A DNA stretch of 36,001 nucleotides, from positions 1 through 36,001 of the forward strand of contig JBFMGU010000100.1 in assembly GCA_040752415.1 (NCBI GenBank), given 5' to 3'. The translations under genes and the position numbers were made by a program. The first letter of the stretch is position 1. Each line of letters begins with the position of its first letter. The stretch is from Myxococcota bacterium. GTDB taxonomy: Bacteria > Myxococcota > JACRCW01. The notes beneath the pieces were generated by a model, which saw only the letters and a list, made by a program, of their open reading frames with translations, was not told the DNA's origin and did not search any database. This document shows positions 19,204-26,477 of the stretch, one piece after another.

Positions 19204-20568
19204 TCAGGCAATGACGTGGAGACGCTTGCGTGAAGGTCGCTCCGACGGGTCGACGGTGCAGTCGGCCCACGGATCCGGCTCGTTCAACGTCCTCCCCGCG
19301 CCCGTGGCCCGCGCCCGACACCCGCCGCCGCAGACCGTGAAGTTCTCGCAGGAGCCGCACTGGTCATTGCCGGTGAACGTGCGCCAGGAGCGGATGGTCG
19401 GCGCCTCACGCCAGCACGACGTGAACGAGTGGGCGTGCAGCGACCAATCCTGCGGATCCAGCACGAAACCACAGGAGACCACGCGCCCGTCGTACATCAC
19501 GGAAGCGCTGGTGGTGCCGCCCACGCAGCCGAACGGCGGAATGATCCCCGCCCACTCCGGCGTGCGCGTGGGGATTCCGTCACCCCATTGCGCGGGTGGA
19601 CCGTCGGACGGCCACGCGGCCTTGGCGCGCTCCATGGCCCGCAGGTAGCTGAGCCGGTCAATGTAGAGCCCGTCCGCGTGCTGCGCTGCGCCCGTCTCCG
19701 TCTGGCGGAACGGCTTGAACGCCACGCGCGTGACGCCGAGCTCGCGTCCTAGCGTCGCATAGTCGCCCAGCCGGTCCGCGTTTCCCGACGTCACGGTGAC
19801 GCGGAACTGCACATCCTTCGCACCCGCCGCACGCAACAGCCGGATGCCACGCAGCGCCTGCTCGAAGCGGCCCGCACCGCGGATGGTGTCGTGGGTTGGA
19901 GCGTCGGGGCCATCCAACGAGATGGAGTATTCCCGGATGGGTGAGGCCGCCAGGCGCGCCGCGTTCTCCTCGGTGATGAGCGTGCCGTTGGTGCACAGCG
20001 ACGCATCCAGCCCATGGCGGCCCACACCCGCGACGAGCTCCCAGAAGTCGCGACGCAACATCGGCTCACCGCCCGCCAGCACCACGACGGGAGAGCCCAA
20101 GGTCTCCAGCTCGGCGAACAGGGAGAGCATCTGCGCGGTGCTCAGCTCATGCGGGTCGGGCTTGGGCGTGATGTCGACGAAGCAGTGGGTGCAGCGCAGG
20201 TTGCAGGCGCGCGTGAGCTGGATGTGCGTGATGAGCGGGCCGGTGAGCGCGGCGTGGGAGCCGTTGTGGTGCAACACGCGGGCGTGACAGCGGAATCCCT
20301 CGTCGAGCATGCCGTCGTGCAGCAGGCCTTCGATGTCGCGGATGAGCGTCTCCTCGTCCACGTCGTAGCCCTTGGGGTCACGGGCGTAGGCCTCCAGCGC
20401 GTTCCCACGCGTGGCGTCGAGAAGCAGGCGGGTCAGGTGGGGCGGGAGGAGGGCAAAGCGAGCGGTGCGACGGTGGTAGTAGAGGGAGCCGAAGTGCTCG
20501 ATGCGGAGCAGGTCCCCCGGTTGCGCGGCACTCTCCGACGACAGAATCGGGGACGCCGCGGCCACCAT
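19204..20568 (-). CDS. radical SAM/SPASM enzyme with fused N-terminal RRE (MftB/PqqD-like) domain
   Basis: CNLRCTHC (CX3CX2C), GGEP, LCTNG and SISLDG; SPASM CVGG...DGRVVSC and CGSCENFTVCGGGCRA...DPWADC. N-terminal LRIEHFGSLYYH resembles the MftB motif LRPEPFGALLYH. Start overlaps the upstream stop (TGATG). Confidence 0.92.
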   Translation of the reverse strand: MVAAASPILSSESAAQPGDLLRIEHFGSLYYHRRTARFALLPPHLTRLLLDATRGNALEAYARDPKGYDVDEETLIRDIEGLLHDGMLDEGFRCHARVLHHNGSHAALTGPLITHIQLTRACNLRCTHCFVDITPKPDPHELSTAQMLSLFAELETLGSPVVVLAGGEPMLRRDFWELVAGVGRHGLDASLCTNGTLITEENAARLAASPIREYSISLDGPDAPTHDTIRGAGRFEQALRGIRLLRAAGAKDVQFRVTVTSGNADRLGDYATLGRELGVTRVAFKPFRQTETGAAQHADGLYIDRLSYLRAMERAKAAWPSDGPPAQWGDGIPTRTPEWAGIIPPFGCVGGTTSASVMYDGRVVSCGFVLDPQDWSLHAHSFTSCWREAPTIRSWRTFTGNDQCGSCENFTVCGGGCRARATGAGRTLNEPDPWADCTVDPSERPSRKRLHVIA

Positions 20569-21113
20569 CACCCGCAACCACCGCTGGAGCGGCTGTAGCT
20601 GGGCGCGGGACGCGGCTTGGCGTCCTCGATCTGCTGGCGCGCGCCCTTGAGGGCCTCCTGCGCCAGCGTGCCGGCCAGGTCGTCGGCGGGCTTGGCCAGC
20701 GCGGCCTTCTCCTCCTTCTCGGAGATGACGCCGTCCTTGCCTTTGGTGCCGTCGGCCTTGTGCGTGTCAAAGCCGGCCACGCGCTTCTTGGCCTCCATCA
20801 GCGCCTCGCGCACGTTCTTGACCTCACCCTTCTTCAGCAGCTCCGGCTCGACGGTGCGTGTGGCTGAGTAGCCGCTGCAGCCACTGCTCACCCAGTAGGA
20901 CTCGGTGCGGGAGAACTCGTCCTTCACCGCTTCCAGGGCCTTGGTGGTCCCCACGTCCTTGCCCTTCACCTCCGCGGTGACGTCGAGCCGGCGCTCCAGC
21001 TCATCAACCGAGACCTGCCCTTTGTCGTCGACGGCCTTCTCCAGCGCCTTGTCCAGGCGGTCCAGGCTCTTCTCGAGGTTCTGGGGCGTGATCTTCCCAC
21101 CAATGCGCGTCAT
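20568..21113 (-). CDS. putative radical SAM substrate/precursor protein with two SYxxSSG(G)C motifs
   Basis: 181 aa, Lys/Glu-rich and helical, GGAG RBS, GC3-rich codons. Motifs ESYWVSSGCSGYS (internal) and PSYSRSSGGCG (C-terminus). Coupled to the rSAM gene. Confidence 0.75.
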   Translation of the reverse strand: MTRIGGKITPQNLEKSLDRLDKALEKAVDDKGQVSVDELERRLDVTAEVKGKDVGTTKALEAVKDEFSRTESYWVSSGCSGYSATRTVEPELLKKGEVKNVREALMEAKKRVAGFDTHKADGTKGKDGVISEKEEKAALAKPADDLAGTLAQEALKGARQQIEDAKPRPAPSYSRSSGGCG

Positions 21114-21195
21114 CTGAGGGCTCCAGGCAAGGCCCGCACGGGGCCGGACCGTCGTCGACTAGCCCACGGAAAAACGGATGGCAAAGCGCGGCGCG

Positions 21196-22266
21196 TCAAG
21201 GCCGGTAGAACCAGATGTTGGCGCCCCGACCCACGGCCCACGCGCCGCCTGGCTGGTGCGCCCAGACGCCACGCAGGTCCTCGTCGGAGGGCGAGATGAT
21301 GTCGCTCCATTCCCCGCCGTTGAAATGCACCACCCGCCCGTACTCGCCCACCGCCCACACGTCATTCACCGCGGTGCCGTCGACGTCGTGGAGGCGGTAG
21401 GTGGTGCCGGGCGGCGTCACCGTGCTCCACGCGCTGCCGTCCCAGTGGCGCAGCGTGCCGTCGCCGCCCGCGGCCCACACGTCGGCGTCGCTGGTGCCCC
21501 ACGCGTCCCACATCTCCACGTCGTCGACGCCGGCGGAACGATCCTGCCACCCGGACCCATCCTGGAACCACGCCACGCGATCACCGACGACCCACACGCT
21601 GCCCGCCGGGGAAACCCACAGCCCGCGCAGGTGCGCCGTGCCGGGGACGCCGCCGGGATTCCACGTCGTGCCGTGGCCGCGGAGGCTCAGTCCGTTGGAG
21701 CCGACGATCCACACGTCATCACGCGTCACGGCGCGCACGCGGTAGAGATCGCGCGTGTCCACCTCGGTGAGCGTGGTGTCGGTGCCGTTCCAGTGCGCCA
21801 CCTTCCCGCCAATGCCCACGGCCCACACGTCGTCGGAGGCGGTGCCGTGCACGTCAAAGAGCAGCGCCGGGACCAGGTCCACCACCTGCCACTGGCGTCC
21901 GTCGTAGCGAACCAGGTGACCCATCTCGCTCACCGTCCACGCCTCATTCGCGGTGCGGCCCCAGATCGCGTTCAGGCGACCCGAGCCCGTGGGTTGCTGG
22001 GTGCGGCACCAGGAGCGACGGTCACAGATGACCTGCGGTCCGTTGTCGTCGGGAGCAATGCCCGCGTCGGTGCCGGGGAGGAAGGGGAGGGTGGGCGCAT
22101 TGCCCGGCGTGGGCAGCGCGGGGTTGATGGGCTCACACACTCCTGACTGGCAGGCGTAGCCCGGCAGACAATCAAGCTGCGTGCGACACGCGTAGCGCTC
22201 CGTCAGATTGAACAGGCACCCCGCGAGCGCACCCACGCCGACGACGAAGAGCAGGCGCCTCCTCAT
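21196..22266 (-). CDS. lipoprotein with small Cys-rich module and beta-propeller (repeated W-G/DVWAVG blades)
   Basis: Lipobox LAGC; CRTQLDCLPGYACQSGVC; repeats such as DVHGTASDDVWAVG and AWGTSDADVWAAG. Confidence 0.8.
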   Translation of the reverse strand: MRRRLLFVVGVGALAGCLFNLTERYACRTQLDCLPGYACQSGVCEPINPALPTPGNAPTLPFLPGTDAGIAPDDNGPQVICDRRSWCRTQQPTGSGRLNAIWGRTANEAWTVSEMGHLVRYDGRQWQVVDLVPALLFDVHGTASDDVWAVGIGGKVAHWNGTDTTLTEVDTRDLYRVRAVTRDDVWIVGSNGLSLRGHGTTWNPGGVPGTAHLRGLWVSPAGSVWVVGDRVAWFQDGSGWQDRSAGVDDVEMWDAWGTSDADVWAAGGDGTLRHWDGSAWSTVTPPGTTYRLHDVDGTAVNDVWAVGEYGRVVHFNGGEWSDIISPSDEDLRGVWAHQPGGAWAVGRGANIWFYRP

Positions 22267-23078
22267 GGCAACACCCACGAGAGCACCATGAGCACCACCG
22301 GCGGGACGATCAACACCACCGCCAGCCCCAATCCCAACACCACCGACGCCACCACCACGTTCGCCACGAAGGCCTGCGTCTGCGTCACCGCGTGCACGCC
22401 GTTGCGCGTGTTCACCAGGTCATAGGCCAGCAGGCCCACCGCGGCGGTGCCCAACGCCGCCGACGTCACCAGGCCCAGGATCGGCGGAGCCACGCCCAAC
22501 ACGCCCAGGCCGCGCAGCGTTCCGCGGGCACCCGTCTTCCACCCCGGTTCGCCCGCGGACTCGTCGGAGCGCGGGGCAGCAGATGGTGGTGGCGTCGTCA
22601 CCGGGCTGGAGCCCAGCAGCTCTTCGGCAATCCCGGGCATGGCGCGCAGCAGCTCCTCCGGCGTGCCGTGCGGAAACTCGCGCTGGATGCGTTTGAGCGC
22701 GTGTGCATCCCGTGACCGGACCCGCGAGAGCGTGACGACGTAGGAATCACCCACACGCCCCACGTTCCCGACGACGATCTGGTCGGCTGCCAGCGCCCCG
22801 GCAATCTCCAACGCGCAACTCTCGGTGCTGCATCCCGCGGCTTGACGTTGCTGCTCCAGCGTGAGCGCGGCGCTGACCTCGCTGACGGCCTGCACCGTGA
22901 AGTCGGCGTGGCGGCTGGCGGCAATGGCCAGTGCGCCGGTGAGCTGCTCGGCAAGATCCGGGGTGACGTTGCCCCGCGCCTCGAGCGGGAAGATCAACAC
23001 CGAAGCGGGCCGCGACGCCGCGCCGGCGTTGAGCGCGAGCATGACCGGGGTGAGGGCGAGGACGACGACGGGTGACAT
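22263..23078 (-). CDS. exported protein with TolB-N/CsgG-like alpha/beta domain and C-terminal TM helices
   Basis: Signal peptide; GCSTESCALEIAGALAADQIVVGNVGRVGDSYVVTLSRV; two hydrophobic C-terminal segments; ATGA overlap with the next gene. Confidence 0.6.
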   Translation of the reverse strand: MSPVVVLALTPVMLALNAGAASRPASVLIFPLEARGNVTPDLAEQLTGALAIAASRHADFTVQAVSEVSAALTLEQQRQAAGCSTESCALEIAGALAADQIVVGNVGRVGDSYVVTLSRVRSRDAHALKRIQREFPHGTPEELLRAMPGIAEELLGSSPVTTPPPSAAPRSDESAGEPGWKTGARGTLRGLGVLGVAPPILGLVTSAALGTAAVGLLAYDLVNTRNGVHAVTQTQAFVANVVVASVVLGLGLAVVLIVPPVVLMVLSWVLP

Positions 23079-23176
23079 GGCGATTTTCGCGCAACGATGG
23101 CGCGCAGCCTAGCACCCGATTCCCCGCGCGGGGACGTGGATTGGCGCGCGTGATGGCTCTCCGCTAAGGTGACGGC

Positions 23177-23545
23177 ATGCTCCGCGCCTTGGCGGTCCTG
23201 GTGATGGCCCTGATGTCGGTTCCCGCGCTCGCGGGCCCGGCGTGGCAGTGCCTTTGCGAGGGCGCGCCGGTGGCGTGGGAACCCTGCTGCTGCGACCACG
23301 ACGAGCCCGCGGACCCCACCATCTCCGACGGCTGCTGCTGCGAGATCCAACAAGGCGCTCCAGACACCTCGCAGTCGCCTGCCACGTTCGAGCGAACCAC
23401 GGTGTCGCCCGTCTGGTATCCGGCCACCGAGCCCCGCGTGATCGTGACCGCCGCGCCGGTCCAGGATGGTCGACCGGTGATCCTGCGTGACACCGGGCCA
23501 CCACCACCCACGCAGTTCCTGAGCACCGTCAAGCTGCGTCCCTAG
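23177..23545 (+). CDS. small Cys-rich protein upstream of the metal-efflux operon (DUF2946-like leader candidate)
   Basis: Hydrophobic N-terminus, CLC, CCCDH and GCCC clusters, C-terminal RDTGPPPP. Confidence 0.65.
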   Translation: MLRALAVLVMALMSVPALAGPAWQCLCEGAPVAWEPCCCDHDEPADPTISDGCCCEIQQGAPDTSQSPATFERTTVSPVWYPATEPRVIVTAAPVQDGRPVILRDTGPPPPTQFLSTVKLRP

Positions 23546-23610
23546 CGCTCCGGTTGAGGCGTAAGTCCTGACGCGTTCGCGCGTCCTCACCTCGAAACCG
23601 GAGTTTTCCA

Positions 23611-24969
23611 ATGTATCGATCGTTGAGCCTGGCAGCGCTGCTGCTGGCGGCGGAGCCTCCGTCGTCGGCGGGTGGGCTGTCCTTCACCGACGCGCGTGAA
23701 CGTGCGCGTCAAACCCATCCCGCCATCCTCTCCTCACGCCTGGCCGCGCAGGCGGCGCGTGAACGCGTGAACGGAACCGGAGCCTGGGACGACCCCGTCG
23801 TGGGAGCGCAGCTCTGGCAGATCCCATTGGACAACGTGGAGAACGCGCTGGTGCCTGGCCTCACGCCGGCGCAACGCGCCACCACCGTCGCCATGGGGCC
23901 GTCCATGGTCAACGTCATGCTCATGGCACAGCAGACCTTCCCGTGGCCGGGCAAGCGCTTCGCGCAACGGAATGAGGCCGGCGCGTTGGCGGAGCAGGCT
24001 GCAGCGTCAACGGAGGTGATGCGCGCCGACGTGGACCGCGCCGTGGCGTACGCGTACGGCGACCTCATTGCCGCGCAAGGGTCCATTGCCGTGCTGGAGC
24101 AGGACCGCACCGTGCTGGAGACGCTGGTGGCCCTCTCCGACTCTCGCCTGGCGAGCGGCAGCGGCAGTCGCGTGGATGCGTTGGCGGCGCGCGCGGAGCT
24201 GGAGGGGCTGCAGCGTGAGCTGATTGACGTGCGACAAGCGGTCCGCACCGCCAAGGCGCGCCTGGCCGCGCTCATCGGCGCCGATGGCCCCGACGCCGTT
24301 CCCGACGCTGCACACACCTTCCTGATCCGTCCGTTGCCTCCGCGCGAGGAGCTGCTGGCCAGGGCGCTGACGCAGCGACCCGAGTCGCGCATTGCCGCGG
24401 CGGGTGTGCGGGCCGCGTTGGCGCGTCTCTCCCAGGCCCGCATGGCCATGATTCCCGACGTCACCGCCAACGTCTCGTACATGATCGGCGTGGGCGGACC
24501 CGGCGACTACGCGAAGCACGGAGCGGTGCACACCATCCTGGGCCCGCCCGACATGGTCACCGTGGGGGTGGCGGTTCCGCTGCCGGTGCTGGCGCCGTGG
24601 AAGCAGATGCCGCAGGCGGATGCCGCGCGTGTCGAGCACAAGCGTGCGCAGGCCGAGGCCGACGCGATTGCGCGCACCGTGCAGGCGGAGGTGGACCAGG
24701 CGCTCGCGGGTGTCGACATGGCACGCAGTCACCTGGAGCTGCATTCCACGCGGCTCATCCCGCTGGATATCGCGGGCGTCGACGCGGCGCGCGCGGCCTA
24801 TGAGTCCGGACAGGGAAGCCTGGTGGATCTCGTCGTGGCGGGGCGTTCCCTGCGGGGGCATCACCTGGAGAGCCAGACCGCACTGCTGCAGTACGCGCGC
24901 TACGTGGCCGACCTGGAGCGTGCCACCGGCGTACCCCTCAACGCTTTTGGAGAAGGAGGCACGCCATGA
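23611..24969 (+). CDS. cusC: TolC-family outer membrane factor (CusC/CzcC-like)
   Basis: QQTFPWPGKR, RPE, PDV and AAYESGQGSLVDLV OEP motifs; first gene of the CBA operon. Confidence 0.8.
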   Translation: MYRSLSLAALLLAAEPPSSAGGLSFTDARERARQTHPAILSSRLAAQAARERVNGTGAWDDPVVGAQLWQIPLDNVENALVPGLTPAQRATTVAMGPSMVNVMLMAQQTFPWPGKRFAQRNEAGALAEQAAASTEVMRADVDRAVAYAYGDLIAAQGSIAVLEQDRTVLETLVALSDSRLASGSGSRVDALAARAELEGLQRELIDVRQAVRTAKARLAALIGADGPDAVPDAAHTFLIRPLPPREELLARALTQRPESRIAAAGVRAALARLSQARMAMIPDVTANVSYMIGVGGPGDYAKHGAVHTILGPPDMVTVGVAVPLPVLAPWKQMPQADAARVEHKRAQAEADAIARTVQAEVDQALAGVDMARSHLELHSTRLIPLDIAGVDAARAAYESGQGSLVDLVVAGRSLRGHHLESQTALLQYARYVADLERATGVPLNAFGEGGTP

Positions 24970-26477
24970 CCACGCACGACGTTCATCACCCCGATGCCAT
25001 GCCCGAGGGCGAGGAGCCACCTCCTCCCGGCGTGAAGATCATGGCCGTGGTGCGCTGGGTGCTGATCCTGGCGCTGGGTGCGCTGGCGGTTCACGTCGTC
25101 ATGGACGCGGTGCGGGAGCACGGTTCCGTCGAGAAGGCGGAGCACAAGACGCGTTACACCTGTCCCATGCACCCGCAGGTCATCTCCGACCGTCCCGGAG
25201 AGTGTCCCATCTGCGGCATGGATCTCGTTCCGCTCGAGGAGAAGCCCAAGGTGGAGGAGGCGGAGCTCTACCAGTGCCCCATGCATCCGCAGGTCACCTC
25301 GAATCGTCCCGGAGAGTGTCCCATCTGCGGCATGGACCTCGTGAAGGTGGAGAAGGCCGCGGGCAAGGCGCACGGTGAAACGGCGGTACCGGGTTTGTCG
25401 ACGGTGACCATCCCGCTGGAGCGCGTGCAACGCATTGGCGTGCGCTCCGCGCCGGCCCAGGTGGCGACGCTGTCCGAGACGGTGCGCACGGTAGGCGTGG
25501 TGGCCACGAATGAGGCGAAGACGGCGCAGGTGCATGCCCGCTACTCCGGTTGGATCGAGGAGCTGCTGGTGCGTGAGACCGGTGCACGCGTGGAGGCCGG
25601 TGAGCCGCTGGCGCGCATCTACAGCCCGGAGGTGCTGCAGGCGCAGCAGGAATACGTCACTGCGCTGCAGGCCAATCCCAACGACCCTCTCTCGGGCCAC
25701 CTGGTGTCCGCGGCTCAACAACGTCTCAAGCTGCTCGGCCTCCCCACCGACGATCTCGAGACGTTGGAGCGCGACAAAAGGCCGCAACGCACCATCACCA
25801 TCCGCGCGCCCATGGCCGGTTACGTGACACAGAAGGGCGCGGTGGAGGGTCTGTATCTCTCGCCGGGAACTCCGTTGTTCGAGATCGCGGATCTCTCGTC
25901 GGTGTGGATGCTCATTGACGTGCGTGAGGACCAGATGGCGCGCGTGCAGGTGGGGCAGAAGGCCAGCGTGGAGATTCCCGCGCTGCCGGGCCAGCGGTTC
26001 GAGGGGAAGCTCACCTTCCTCTATCCGGCCGTGGACCCGCGGACCCGCACGCTGCGTGCCCGGGTGGAGATGCCCAATCCTCGTCGACAGCTTCGACCCG
26101 GCATGTACGGCGACGTGAACATCACGCTCCCGCCGGCCAAGGGCGTGGTGGTGCCCGCGGAGTCGGTGGTGCAGACCGGTCGGCAGGCGTACGCGTTCAT
26201 CTCCCACGGAGATGGCGTGTTCGAGCCGCGCCTGGTGACGTTGGGCGTGCGCACCCCGGATACCGTGCAGGTCCTCTCCGGCGTCGAGCCCGACGAGGAG
26301 GTGGTGACCAGCGCCATCTTCCTCATTGACTCGGAGAGCCGCCTGCGCGCCGCGATCAACGGAAGCCCGGTGGGTGGAGCGCACGCGGGTCATGGTGGTC
26401 ACGAGGGACACGCCGAGTCGCAGCCGTCGTCGCAACCGTCGTCGCAGCCGGCGCACCAGCACGGGGGGACGCCATGA
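24966..26477 (+). CDS. cusB: CusB-like periplasmic adaptor with two YxCPMHP heavy-metal-binding domains and His-rich termini
   Basis: YTCPMHP...CPICGMDL occurs twice; GWIEEL, IYSPE, DPRTRT, LRPGMY and FLIDSES. Confidence 0.9.
   Translation: MTTHDVHHPDAMPEGEEPPPPGVKIMAVVRWVLILALGALAVHVVMDAVREHGSVEKAEHKTRYTCPMHPQVISDRPGECPICGMDLVPLEEKPKVEEAELYQCPMHPQVTSNRPGECPICGMDLVKVEKAAGKAHGETAVPGLSTVTIPLERVQRIGVRSAPAQVATLSETVRTVGVVATNEAKTAQVHARYSGWIEELLVRETGARVEAGEPLARIYSPEVLQAQQEYVTALQANPNDPLSGHLVSAAQQRLKLLGLPTDDLETLERDKRPQRTITIRAPMAGYVTQKGAVEGLYLSPGTPLFEIADLSSVWMLIDVREDQMARVQVGQKASVEIPALPGQRFEGKLTFLYPAVDPRTRTLRARVEMPNPRRQLRPGMYGDVNITLPPAKGVVVPAESVVQTGRQAYAFISHGDGVFEPRLVTLGVRTPDTVQVLSGVEPDEEVVTSAIFLIDSESRLRAAINGSPVGGAHAGHGGHEGHAESQPSSQPSSQPAHQHGGTP

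Noticed and set aside
20520..20570. Selenocysteine read-through of the precursor TGA (GGCG-UGA followed by a GC-rich hairpin)
   Set aside because: The read-through frame (WWPRRPRFCRRR...) looks like a shadow frame, and the TGA is explained by TGATG coupling to the rSAM start.
19204..21113. Mycofactocin or PQQ biosynthesis locus
   Set aside because: Despite MftB/MftC-like features, there is no MftA- or PqqA-type peptide and no mftD/E/F or pqqB/C nearby.
23098..23160. sigma54-like TGGCGCG sites and the palindrome TCCCCGCGCGGGGA (23121-23134) upstream of the cus region
   Set aside because: GG-to-GC spacing is off by one for both sigma54 candidates, and a nearly all-GC 14-bp palindrome is weak evidence in this genome without a cognate regulator.
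25150..25345. Direct DNA repeat within cusB
   Set aside because: Explained by the two tandem YxCPMHP metal-binding domains; not a separate element.
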